From: Bigelowiella natans CCMP2755 | Lineage: Eukaryota > Protista > Cercozoa | Assembly (NCBI GenBank): GCA_000320545.1 | Contig: ADNK01001071.1 | Coordinates: 1-64,000, forward strand | Direction: 5' to 3' | Length of the DNA stretch: 64,000 nucleotides | In this document: positions 24,814 to 36,677 of the stretch, piece after piece | Layout of the letters: each line of letters opens with the position of its first letter | How positions within the stretch are numbered: the stretch's first letter is position 1 | Notes under the pieces: generated by a model | What the model was told of the DNA's origin: nothing | Seen by the model: the letters and a program-made list of their open reading frames with translations, nothing else | Databases searched by the model: none | Program-made: the position numbers and the translations under genes

Positions 24814-27800
24814 ATGTCACAGCAGCTAGAAGAACAGCAGGACTTTGGCTCGCAGGCCGTGCAAGGGCACGAGCAGAAACAGGAAAGGAAGGGCGATACG
24901 GACGCTAAGGAAGGAGGAGGAACACCTCCACAGGCACCGCCGGGACCAGCACCCGGGATTAAGAAAGCAGATGCAGCAGCAGAGGCACTGGAGAACTTCT
25001 ACGAGGCGGACGACGAGGACGTGGCCGCCGAAAGCAAGAAGGTCGTAATGGCATTACGAGCCTTGCGACCCAGGGCGAGCAACTACGCCAAACTGAAAGT
25101 ATCGATAGAATACAAGTATCAGACACATGATGTTTGGGCAGCTATCATGCAGGACATCATGGATTACGAAGCAGACTTACCTCCAGAGTGGGCAGCTTTG
25201 TTTAGGAACGACGGGGGTCTGGGCGCCTCGCGGGGGACGACCCAGAGCACCGTCAAGCAGCAGCAGCCGGTACAGCGGAACACCCAGTTCATGTCTGTTA
25301 AAACAGCACCGGTTATGATAACGAAATACAACGGGAAAAGAGGTGAGGCAAGGAGGTGGTGGAAGAACGCTAGGAGTATACTCTGCGACTTTACCCCTAA
25401 CCCCACCGAAAACGACAAGCTCAAATGGCTAGCTATAATAAAGCAAGCCATGGACCTTTACGAGACAGGCAGGACCCGGATCAGGCAGCTAGAGAAAATA
25501 CACACTACAGTTAGTGGGCTACGAGACGTTGAGGCGATAATGAAGGCTTTTGTAAATGAACAGGATGCTAACTCCCTACCCCAGGCTATTAGAAAATACA
25601 GAGCAATGATGCAGCATGAGAGAGAACCTGTTAGAGACTTTGCCACGCGCTTCCAGGATATGATCGACGAACTACATGATTTTAATTACAACACAGGTGA
25701 TGATCAGGCAAGGTTTGAAGAGTTCAAGTTAAAGATAAAGGAATCCACTTACGTTACGGAGAAAGGCTACACCACGATGGAGGCAGCAGTGCAGGCTATA
25801 TCCCTACGCGAGCAGGAGCAGGACCGCAAGTTTACCAGCCCTAAGGTACCTGGCATAGGAAACATTAACGCTATTAAGCCGCAGCGAGACTGGTACAAGG
25901 ACAGGGAAGGTAACCGACGTTGCGGATACTGCTCACGTAAAGGGAAACACACCGCTAAAGACTGCAGAGACAGGAAAGAAGGACGACCCAGGATGACGAT
26001 CAGGCAGCTCAACGAACACTACGAGAAGTTAAAGAGAAAGAAAGGCAGAGGACAAGGATATAACAACAGCAAATGGCAAGGCAGCAACAACGGGAAGAAC
26101 AATAAATATAAGAACAAAAAGCAGAACAGTATCAATGCTATACAGCAGCAGATAAACGGAATATTAGATCACCTTAAGCAGGCGCCGACGAAGACAGCAG
26201 TACCAGCAACGCAGGACCAAGACAAGCCCATGACCCTAGACGACATAAAGAACTTAGGAGTATGCAACATTAATGACGAAGACGCTAACAGGACTATCAA
26301 AGTTGCTATGACCAAGGTTAAAGTTAAAGACAGCTACGGAGACTACAAGAAACTACCTGCCCTTTGGGATAGTGGCAGCATGCCGAAGTCCTTCATAAGC
26401 CTAAGCACAGTAAGAAGGTTAGGACTATTGGATCAAGTGACTAAGAAAGAACGTAAATATGCTCAAGCAGACGGAAGCTCTTCCATGAAGACCGTCGGTG
26501 AGCTAATGCTAAAGCTACAGATACCTGGCAGCGACGCGGAGACCCAAATCAAGACCCGAGTAGCCATGACTTTATCCATGGAACTACTCCTCGGACAGGA
26601 TGCCCTAGAAAAATTAGGGGGGATCATATCATTCTACAATCACAAGATATACTTTGCTAAGTTGCCAAAGAAGTCAGGCAGGACCATCAGCCAGAACATG
26701 ATACGGCTTGACGAGTGGACCTCTGAGTCAAGCGTTAATGCGTTAGAGTTTATGGACCTAGCGGACAACAAGCTACCTACACCTACCGAGCTACGGAAGA
26801 AGAACCCCGGCAAGACCATCCGACAGATAACGGAGCTACTGGACAAGACCCCCCCAGCTGATGATTGGGATATCGACAAAGGCAAAAAGTACATTAATAA
26901 AATATTAAACGAGAAGTACTCTGACATCACCAAGCCGACGACGAAGCCCTCCAGCAAGCTTACCCCAGTAAAGATCGAGCTAAAGAAGGGATACGAAGAG
27001 TGCATCATCAATGACCCAGAACATAGGCGACCGGAAGCGGACTGGGAAAAGATAGAGTGGCAGATCAATGAATGGGCAAAGGAAGGGAAGATAGAGCCAA
27101 GCAACTCACCATGGAACGTGAGACATGTGCTAGCTAAGAAACCTACTTACCCTTTCTTCCGCCTGGCGCACAACTTCATCCGCCACAACCGAGTAATAAA
27201 GAGGATCCAGACACCTACACCAAGGATAGATGACGTTATTGAACACGTCATAGGATACAAATACTACTCTTCCCTAGATAAAAATGAATCATACATGCAG
27301 ACACCCATCCACAAAACCTCCCGCCCCATTACCGCGTTCTCCAGCAGGCACAGGAAGTGGCACTTCGTCGTATTCCCTTACGGCCTAAGCATATCAGGGG
27401 ATGCGTTCAGTAGTCAGAACTACAGGGCATACACACATGATGGGATGGCGTCTGTGTTGTGGGTGTTTGTGTTTGTGTATGTGGATGATGACATAATATG
27501 TACCAACACAGTCGTCGCTCAGATCTTCCTCCTGGAAAATATATTTATTAGGTTTGCACACTTCGGTTTTACTATTAGACTGCAGAAGTGTACATTCCTA
27601 GCTACAAGAATCAAGTGGTGTGGATATTACCTGGAGCAAGGCCGCATCACCCCAAACCCCGAGAAAGTAGCAGCACTACAGCAAGCCCCTAAACCTAAGA
27701 ATGCAAAGGAGTTAAAGTCATTCTTGCAGACTGCAGCTTGGATACTACGTAGGTTCTCCCCTACCTACGCTAGGACTGCAGCTGCTTTTACTACTGCTTA

Positions 27801-29787
27801 CCGGAAGGAGAACTCTGTAGGCCTCAGCTTCGCTAAGGTGTGGGCCAAGGCTGGCCTTGATGCCCACTTCGATAACCTAATAAAGTTATGCAGCAACACC
27901 CTATTGAATGCTAAGCTAGACACTACTAGACCAGCTACCCTATGGACAGACTGGTCTAAGCTAGGTATGGCTGCTGTACTTACCCAAGACCAGCAGATCA
28001 TACGGGTGTGGGGCAGGGCCTGCACAGCAGCTGAGGCCAAGTACAGCCCTACAAAAGGAGAGTATAAAGCCATGACTGAGGCGCAGAGGAAACTAAGATA
28101 CTACCTGCTGTCGGTGCCCAGCTTCACCTTAATGACTGACCACAAGCCCCTCCTAGGCATCGACCGCAAGCTCGAAGCGCCTAACGATGAGTATGCAGCT
28201 ATGAGGGCGGACACGGAAGAGTTTAGGGACAAGAGGACAGTGGTCTACGCACCAGGAGACAAGCAGCTTGCTGACTATTTCAGCAGGCTGTTCGAAAAGA
28301 AAGTCCCTACCCAGGTCACCCCTATGGTTAACGCGATTACCTTCGAGGACGGCGACTTCCTGCCTGAGCCAGAGGAGCTCCAGCACCTTCAAGAACACCT
28401 GGATAAATACAAACACAAGCATGAGGTACTTAGTGATAGGATATATGTATACACTAATAATGTTAGGCGTACCTACGTGCCACGGCGGACCAGGGGAGCC
28501 CTTCTCTTTACCGCCCATGGACCTGCACACGTAGGAGAAAACCATATCACTGCTCTACTCTACCATTACTACTGGCCCTACAAGCTAAAAGAGATAAGGA
28601 CATACCTGCGTGGCTGCAGGTGCTCCAGCTTGAAGGCGGCAGGCGTCGCCACCAAGGAGTCCAGCAAGAGCCGTGCATCTAAGAAAATCAAAGCAAGGAA
28701 CTTCTTAGATATCGTGCAAATTGATGTTTATAAGTACGATGGCTATCACTACCTTACCTTCGTTGATGTGGCCACTGGAAAGTGCTGGGTTAAAAAGATT
28801 ATCAAGGTCAACGTTGCTAAGAAGAACAAAGGCTTATATAAGCAGAGGCTTACTAACTGCTACCGTACCTGGGAGTCTGAGCTCCAGGCTATCCCTGATG
28901 AAGTTAGCATAAACAAGATACCAAAGAAGTTACATGTGGATAATGAGACCTCTCTTCTACAGCTACCACACCCTAATATTGATGCCTCACCTGTATACTA
29001 TGCCCAGTCCAACTCCAAGGTAGAGCGACTCCACCGCACCTTGGCCAACCTAAGCAGGATAAATAGCACCACACCAGACAAGATACAAGGGTTAGTAAAC
29101 GACACCTTCACGTCTGGGGGAGGTATCAAGGATAAGGAGAGGGAAGAAGGCGACGACAACGACGACGATACCGAGAGCGAAGACGAGAAGGTCCCGTACG
29201 ATGGCCGAGTTCTAAAGGAAGGACAGTATGTTAGGGCCAAGGTAAATCTGAGATCGAGAAATAAACAAGACCCCTTCTGGGGTGGCGTTGCAAAGGTTAC
29301 CGAGAGGAAGGGGAGGAAGCAGTACTACATCTATGATGGGAACAGGGTCACCTTGCGCCACATCAGTCACCTAAAGAATTATGATATCGGTGAGAAGCTC
29401 CTAGAGGATGTTAAAGTAAACCCTACTGTGTGGGAGCGAGCAATGCCTTGTTTAGGACCCCGACCTAAGTTCGATGTGGAATATGGAAACAATAAGGTCA
29501 GGGTGAACGACGATTGGCGCATGAAGATTGTCTATCTAGGCTACCCTGGATTACGAAATATGGAGAGGGTAGCTATGAAAATAAAGGACGGAAAATATCA
29601 GCTACTCTACCTAGCTGTTCCCGACTTACCCTTTGAGCACTGGTATAAGGTCCTGGGGGACCTTGATGCAGAGGGCTGGTATGGACACGAACCTAAGGAC
29701 GAAGGTGAGTTCTGGGTAAGCGACAAAGGAGATAAGGTTAGAGAGGAATCTATTACCTGGTGGTTGGTGAAGTTCCGAAAGCGATGA
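24814..29787 (+). CDS. Gag-Pol polyprotein, 1657 aa: Gag, Zn knuckle, aspartic protease, RT, RNase H, integrase and a C-terminal methyltransferase-like extension
   Basis: CGYCSRKGKHTAKDC; ALWDSGS; SPWN, YSSLD, FPYGL, YVDD; LWTDWS...YSPTKGE...TDHKPL...LADYFSR; H-x3-H...CRC, QIDV, VDNE, SNSKVERLHRTL. Uninterrupted frame. Confidence 0.96.
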   Translation: MSQQLEEQQDFGSQAVQGHEQKQERKGDTDAKEGGGTPPQAPPGPAPGIKKADAAAEALENFYEADDEDVAAESKKVVMALRALRPRASNYAKLKVSIEYKYQTHDVWAAIMQDIMDYEADLPPEWAALFRNDGGLGASRGTTQSTVKQQQPVQRNTQFMSVKTAPVMITKYNGKRGEARRWWKNARSILCDFTPNPTENDKLKWLAIIKQAMDLYETGRTRIRQLEKIHTTVSGLRDVEAIMKAFVNEQDANSLPQAIRKYRAMMQHEREPVRDFATRFQDMIDELHDFNYNTGDDQARFEEFKLKIKESTYVTEKGYTTMEAAVQAISLREQEQDRKFTSPKVPGIGNINAIKPQRDWYKDREGNRRCGYCSRKGKHTAKDCRDRKEGRPRMTIRQLNEHYEKLKRKKGRGQGYNNSKWQGSNNGKNNKYKNKKQNSINAIQQQINGILDHLKQAPTKTAVPATQDQDKPMTLDDIKNLGVCNINDEDANRTIKVAMTKVKVKDSYGDYKKLPALWDSGSMPKSFISLSTVRRLGLLDQVTKKERKYAQADGSSSMKTVGELMLKLQIPGSDAETQIKTRVAMTLSMELLLGQDALEKLGGIISFYNHKIYFAKLPKKSGRTISQNMIRLDEWTSESSVNALEFMDLADNKLPTPTELRKKNPGKTIRQITELLDKTPPADDWDIDKGKKYINKILNEKYSDITKPTTKPSSKLTPVKIELKKGYEECIINDPEHRRPEADWEKIEWQINEWAKEGKIEPSNSPWNVRHVLAKKPTYPFFRLAHNFIRHNRVIKRIQTPTPRIDDVIEHVIGYKYYSSLDKNESYMQTPIHKTSRPITAFSSRHRKWHFVVFPYGLSISGDAFSSQNYRAYTHDGMASVLWVFVFVYVDDDIICTNTVVAQIFLLENIFIRFAHFGFTIRLQKCTFLATRIKWCGYYLEQGRITPNPEKVAALQQAPKPKNAKELKSFLQTAAWILRRFSPTYARTAAAFTTAYRKENSVGLSFAKVWAKAGLDAHFDNLIKLCSNTLLNAKLDTTRPATLWTDWSKLGMAAVLTQDQQIIRVWGRACTAAEAKYSPTKGEYKAMTEAQRKLRYYLLSVPSFTLMTDHKPLLGIDRKLEAPNDEYAAMRADTEEFRDKRTVVYAPGDKQLADYFSRLFEKKVPTQVTPMVNAITFEDGDFLPEPEELQHLQEHLDKYKHKHEVLSDRIYVYTNNVRRTYVPRRTRGALLFTAHGPAHVGENHITALLYHYYWPYKLKEIRTYLRGCRCSSLKAAGVATKESSKSRASKKIKARNFLDIVQIDVYKYDGYHYLTFVDVATGKCWVKKIIKVNVAKKNKGLYKQRLTNCYRTWESELQAIPDEVSINKIPKKLHVDNETSLLQLPHPNIDASPVYYAQSNSKVERLHRTLANLSRINSTTPDKIQGLVNDTFTSGGGIKDKEREEGDDNDDDTESEDEKVPYDGRVLKEGQYVRAKVNLRSRNKQDPFWGGVAKVTERKGRKQYYIYDGNRVTLRHISHLKNYDIGEKLLEDVKVNPTVWERAMPCLGPRPKFDVEYGNNKVRVNDDWRMKIVYLGYPGLRNMERVAMKIKDGKYQLLYLAVPDLPFEHWYKVLGDLDAEGWYGHEPKDEGEFWVSDKGDKVREESITWWLVKFRKR

Positions 29788-29830
29788 AGGTCTAAGGGAA
29801 TAAGGAAGGAAGGAAGGAGCAACGTGACTT

Positions 29831-29838
29831 GGGGGAGG
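29831..29838 (+). promoter_or_regulatory. Polypurine tract abutting the 3' LTR
   Basis: GGGGGAGG immediately before TG at 29839; a longer purine-rich run lies at about 29794-29819. Confidence 0.8.
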
Positions 29839-30164
29839 TGTAGCGCGTACCACTACGCGGGCACAAGTCACGTGCGACAACAAAGGGGTTGTCGCGGATA
29901 TAGAATATAGATAACGTAGATATTAATACAGCATAGGCACGTGGGTTCCGGCGGGACTCATGGCAGCACACCGGAAGTGTGCTGCCCCACGTGCGGCGGC
30001 ATTCGCGAAAGCTTCGCGAATGATTACGCAGTGCACGATTTAATAAAAATATAATCTTTAATAAAAATAAACACAACTCTTCAAAAGGAAGCAAACGTGC
30101 CTTTCCCCCCCCCTGCCTACTTGTGCACGTAGCGCCTCGGCCTGTGAACACCTTACGCGCAACA
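29839..30164 (+). repeat. 3' LTR (326 bp)
   Basis: Same sequence as 24079-24404; followed by the GTGC duplication. Confidence 0.97.
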
Positions 30165-31200
30165 GTGCTGGCATCGCTGTTGCCGAATGTGCGTTGTGTG
30201 ACGTGTGCACATCGTCACAGCGTTGTTTCTGCATGGACGATTCAGCTGGCTGGCGATGTGCGCGTGCACTGGAATCACTTGCTCAGTCGATCGTGTCCGA
30301 ATTGCGACCCAAGTCTGCAATGTTGGCTTGCTAGCTTGCTGCCTGCCACTGAACCAAACCAGCAAAGTGACACGCAAGCGCATCACTCACGCGCAAGTCT
30401 GGGTGTTCGGGCGTTGCTGATCCAATGACAACATCTGAACGCACGCAGCGTGCATGGACTCATCCATGCCAGCATGGCCACTGGGCTAGCTGGTGCGTTC
30501 CAGCACGACTGGACATGGACAGACACACCAGCTAGCCAGCGTGTCCACGATGTGCATGCTAGCATGCTCGCGTGTCGATGTCAAGTTTTCATTGGGTCAA
30601 ACCTGGACACGTCTAGACATGTGTGTGCGTGTGGGCACACACCTAGACACGGCACATGCTACTTGCACGTGCATGCGCATCAACTTTCAATTGAGCCACG
30701 CTAGCACGCATCTGACAAGCTAGCTAGCTAGCAAGGCCAGGAGTGACAATGTTTTCCGATGGACACGGCAACTAGTCTGCCATTTAGCCATGTCCATTGA
30801 GCATGCCATGCATGAGCTAAGTGATTTTTTTTGTGCACGAACTCTGCATTGGAATTCATCTGTTCATCATGAAACAATTGCTCTTGGTGTGGGACAGTCT
30901 AGCAGTTCAGATTTGGTCTCATTGGAAGAATGAAGCGTCGTTCACTACCCAGCATGAAATGTGGTTTTTTCATTGAGCCAATTAGTGACAAAAGCACTTG
31001 AAAGCAGTGCCGCTCCAACGGCTGCAAAATGTAGAGATGCACACATGTGAGTAGGTTCCAAGCGATGGCTTTTAGTGAAGTGAACTGTGAATCGTATTCG
31101 CAACATGCGAGCATTTCGGATTGGAAAATAACTTGAAATTAATTTTCCATGAAATTTCCAATGTTATTGAAAGCATTCGAAGGTTTTTGCCCTCGCCGAA

Positions 31201-31644
31201 TCAGCTGTTAAGTGTTGGAAAAAGAAATGATGTGGAAGCCGTACCAAAGTGGAATGATAAGTTGAGCATATTTGCAACCTGTGTAATCAATCACACATTA
31301 AAGCAGCCAGAACTCAGTGTTGCACTGCAAGTTCATGTGATCAATCATCTTCATCAGTACTATCACCACCTCACCATCGTACACAGAGTCATCCTTCTGT
31401 ATAACTACAACCACTTCTAGTACTTGTGTTTTTTCGAATGAGGAGTCGAATTGAGCTGGAGCGAATTGGTACGCCGATGTTCCCTTTGGCGAGTGGTGAA
31501 GGAGCGGTCGAGGAGGGGGGGGAAATAGAGGAGGAGGAGGAGGAAACCAGTCATTCATCGGTAGTAAGTATTGGTAGTATTGGTAGTTTTAACGGTAGTA
31601 GCAATGCCCTCAAAATACAATATGAGCAAGTGAACAACTACATC

Positions 31645-31725
<81 letters not shown>

Positions 31726-32642
31726 TCATAATCTTTTCTCGCCACTACTACAATCTCCCACTAGCTTAAATTACCACGAATCCTGACGCAAGAGAGAAAA
31801 CCCCGACGCACAACACCGTACTGAGCGCGTCCCAATCAAGGTATCTGAAGTAGTAGTAGTGGTAGTAGTAGTAGTAGTAGAAGTAGTGGTAGAAGCAGAA
31901 AATGGCCTCATTAGTCTCAAAGGAGCAAAGACAGAGCTAAGGAAAACGATCAAGATGATGATGATGATGATGAACATATATTTCTTGTATGTTAAAAAAC
32001 ATAGGGCTATTTCTTTTCTCTTTTTTTTTGGTTCTCCCCCGTGTCTTTGTCGTGTGTACCCAAGCATATCGAGAAAGAAGACGAACAAGCTGCCCACCCG
32101 CAGCACGCTCAGTCTGTTTGCAAACGCACAGTTGTATAGACAGGCACAGAACAACCAGGGTACACATACACACACACACACACATACACATACACACATC
32201 CAACGGGGAAAGCTTCTTAATAATGATTACATTAAGATGGCAATCTGGTTTCTTAAGGGGAAAATAAGTGTCAGGGGCCTGTTGTGAAAACACACGCATA
32301 CACACATTTCGGGAGGGGTGTCATCAAAATGGTTGACTGAGCCAAATTTGTCAGCATTGTGGTCATTATCCTGCCTTTCTTTCTTCAATACTAGTGCTTC
32401 TTTTCATTTCCCCTCTCTCTCCTTTGCTGCTGGGAACAGCTCTATCTACAAAGCAGCCCCACTAAGCCACACACACACAAGCACAAGCACATCACCTTCC
32501 TAACGTATCGCAAACCAACTTGGTGAAGAACAGAATTTGGGGAAGCTGGAGAGAAAGTAGGAGAGAGTAAATCAAATGCCTTCCGAATACAAACCACGTG
32601 TGATGATGCTGATGAGGATGCTGCTGCTGCTGCTGCTGCCAC

Positions 32643-32677
<35 letters not shown>

Positions 32678-33843
32678 GCAGAGATATCGAAAATCATGAA
32701 TAGATGATGAAGGGTAATGAGGAAGATAACGGCGATGTTTGAAAGCAATGGTGAAGCCGACATTACCCTTTGCCATGCGGACGGGAAGAAAGGGTAGAAT
32801 GGGAGCAAGAACACAGAGGCGAAGATGTTCAGGAATCTAAGAAAGGGTAGAATGGGAGCAAGAACACAGAGGCGAAGATGTTGAGGAATCTAGAGTATCA
32901 TCACATATATCATCACATATATCATCACATATATCATCATCATCATCATCATTCCTCCTCATCCTCCTCCTCTTTCTCCAACTGTATTCATATCTCCCTC
33001 CCTTGGAGACATATTCGAAATGAGCAAACGCAGGAATGACAGATACTCTATCATGATCATTGTACATTGCTATGACGCAGGGAGCCACTTGCTTGAATAT
33101 CATCCAGTCCTTCTCACTAAGCACAAAAATCAATGCTGTTAGCTCGTCAGGAGTATGGTCATGTCTGAACAACTCGAGGAGAAAACCGAAGGGAGGAGGA
33201 GGAGGTGTAAGAAGAAAAACTTGGAACAGTGATCGAGAAAACGTTTCCTTAAAATAAGAGATGTGATATTCCTTCTCCAGCCAGAACACACATGCATGCA
33301 CGACTATGGCGGTGTGGCAATCCATCGCAAACAATTACAGTTCGGAGGGCTCTTCTTCGTACGACTGCGGTTGGAGGCTGCTCTCTGCATGGTTGTGAGA
33401 AATCATCATTTAACAATATCTTTGTCCGTTGTGGCAGTAGCATCGTTTTTCCGTCATCGTCATCGTCATCATCATCGTCATCATCATCATCGTCATCGTC
33501 ATCATCATCATTCTCCCCGTTTGTGTCTGTCGCTGTTCCTGCCAACCCTCACTCACAATCCTCCCCCTCCTCCTTGCACTAATTAAGTACCTTTTCTTTC
33601 TTTGCCCATGCTGCTTCTTCCTCCTCCACGGGAGGTGGACCTTCCTGATGGCGGTCGCATGCTCATTAGGACGACGAGGGCAAGAAAATGCGCGCGCTTG
33701 CAAAAGTGCTGCTTTAGCTTTTTAGGTCAGGCAAATTAGTCTTTAAACAACAACAACCGCTATTGCTGCGGTTCATTCCGTCCCCTGGCGGAGAGATACA
33801 AACGTATTATGGAAGAGACCATATATTGGTGATGACGATAGTA

Positions 33844-33879
<36 letters not shown>

Positions 33880-34449
33880 GTGATTGTAGACAAGAAGAGA
33901 AAATGATGATCCCATGGTTAAGCTCCCTTCTATTCTATCACGTCTCCTATCTACCTCCACTCCGGCTTCGCGATCTGCCATTGGCTGACACTAACCTGGA
34001 CAGAGTATTAACGTCGAATTGTCGGGTTGATCATACACTATTCGGCGAATATGCCGCGCAATGGTACTTCTACACCATCAAGCTGCTTTTTCCACGTTCG
34101 GTGACACATATGTAGTTTCATATGTTACACATACACTTATAAGATACACAAGCAAACAAACTATATGCAGCAGTAGCGATGTCTACATTCACTTGCTGCT
34201 GGCTGCTGCTACCTTGTAGTTTCTGCAGAACTTGAATCTGGCGTGTACGCGGAGAAGGTGGTGTTGATCTTGGGTAAGGGAATGTCTCCGTAGCTTCTCT
34301 GCACCGCACTTTTGGGTATCCTTGCGTCCATACACCACGGCCAGGAGGGCATATGCAGAGAAGAAAACGAAGAGGAAGAACAGGAATAAGAGCAAGAATA
34401 AGAAGAGAACCCTCAATAACGATGCACAGTTTAAAAGAGGGAAGTCGAG

Positions 34450-34529
<80 letters not shown>

Positions 34530-35383
34530 TGTAAAAACCACAATTCGAGTAGAATTTGAAATTCGTTACTTTGGCGTGACTGATCTCTGCGTACGTGACA
34601 ACGATAGATAATTGGCATATCCAGCAGCAGCGGCGGCAGCAGGAGCAGCATACGATGTCCAAAGAATAACGATAGCACGTGGGAAAGAGAAAGTCAAAAG
34701 AGCGAAAGGATGTGGGGAGGATTATGATGAAGCCCGTCGCATGTGAGATGGATGTGGATCACAAGATGATGACAGGGCGATCGACATCATTATTCTTCAT
34801 GCTGACATTTGTGTTATAGCAACCAACGATATCATGAATATCGTTGCCACCAGTACTCGCGAGTTCCGCTCGTGTAAAGTATTTTTAATGGGCAGGATTG
34901 GAGGTTACAGGGGGTAAATTATCTAACCGAAGCCTGGCGTGATAGGTACTCTGTCGCTTCCTGATCATAAAGAATATGCGTATCATCATCATGCTTGCAT
35001 TGTATGTGCAGTCACCTTGATGACGTACAATAAGGCAAGAGGGAGAATGGAGACGCATACAGCAGCCGAAGCATCGTCCACGACACGCAATACAGCAAAT
35101 GAGACCAGATATCCATCATGTTCTATACAAATCCACCACTTGCTCGTGGATGTGCACGTGGGCATGGTTTTCGTAGGTATTGTCTCGATCTATCTATCTA
35201 TCTATTTATCAGCGCAATCATGAGAATCGAAATATATATCGACCTCATCCCTTGCCGTGATTGCGTAGAGAAAGATGTCGGATTTCAGTGCAAGGATGTA
35301 GTATGCAAACCCTTAAATCACCAAATCCAAATTATATTCGTTTCAATGTATACGTGCGCGCGCGCGCACGCGCACGCTTGTGT

Positions 35384-35461
<78 letters not shown>

Positions 35462-35710
35462 TCGCATGAGGTATGCGTGTGCAGTGTGTGCGTTGTCCCC
35501 GAGTTAAAATCAAGGCAACCTGCAAAGAACTCGAAGAATGCTGCTCCCCAGAAAAACGCCTTTGTCTATTTGCGTAGTAGCGAACATAGGAGTGAGCGAC
35601 GTCACACACACGCGTTTCAGAAAATAGCCAAGGTGTATTCGTGGAATCTCATTCTGTTTCTCTAAAATATGGTAGTATTCTATCTGGAGACAATTCCTCC
35701 ACGAGAGCCT

Positions 35711-35741
<31 letters not shown>

Positions 35742-35957
35742 AAAGAAGTGATTGCGTGGTAGCGTGAGTAGGTGTTGGCCACCAACCTGCAGTTGGGAAG
35801 GGTTCGTCTTGAAGTCGGTCCAAAACGACAGAAACATCGCAATGATGCCGGCTCCCTGAAAGTAGTCATTCGGAAAATACATGGTGTATAATAAATATGA
35901 TGGATACGAGCTATTTTGAATTTGTGTATGCAGGAAGATATAGCAGTAGTAGGTAGC

Positions 35958-36002
<45 letters not shown>

Positions 36003-36635
36003 TTTTTCCGTCCGTCCCCCAACCACCACAATCAGCACACAACAATCATCGCAAGCATCATCACAACCTGGTACCCCATTGAGAAGATCGCCGTACATAT
36101 TTTCTTCTCCCCTTTTTGGTCCAAGATACTGACCAGCTGGAAGAAGCTACCATAGGCCAATGCCGAGAAGAACCTGTCGGTACATCACCACAAGGGCGAG
36201 GGGAGGGGTAGGTAGGTGTAGCAGCACACGCAGATTTGCGGCGGAGAGTTGGGTGTTAAATCTGTTGTTAATTCTTTGGTCAATGCAATGTTGGTATGCT
36301 TGCGTTGTTCTGACCCGAGAATTGTGACGGCTATGAGGAGATGAGGCTGGCGGTGCCAACCAGGATCACCTATCCGCCTCTTTGCTGGTCCAAGAGGCAA
36401 ATATACCATGATTGAACCTACGTCATGAAACAACACGCCACTTCAGTCTGGAGCCATCTTTACAGACGGAGACAACGAAGAATATACGGAGCTATATGCT
36501 GCACAAGACGCTGCTCTACCCATCGTGAGGAAATAAACGAACGAGCGGAGTCCGTAGGACATTTTACTGCCAATCTGCAACAACACAAAGAAGGCATGAT
36601 GATGGGTAATAATATCACTCCGAGGTCCAGTCCGA

Positions 36636-36677
<42 letters not shown>

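Larger units (their letters stand above)
24079..30164 (+). mobile_element. Full-length Ty3/gypsy LTR retrotransposon with three LTR copies and a 4-bp target-site duplication (GTGC)
   Basis: TG...CA LTRs at 24079-24404 and 29839-30164, identical by eye; GTGC at 24075-24078 and 30165-30168; PBS, PPT and one gag-pol ORF in PR-RT-RH-IN order. Confidence 0.97.

Noticed and set aside
27450-27492. GT-rich patch in the otherwise A-rich pol ORF
   Set aside because: Explained by the hydrophobic strand VLWVFVFVYVDD at the RT active site.
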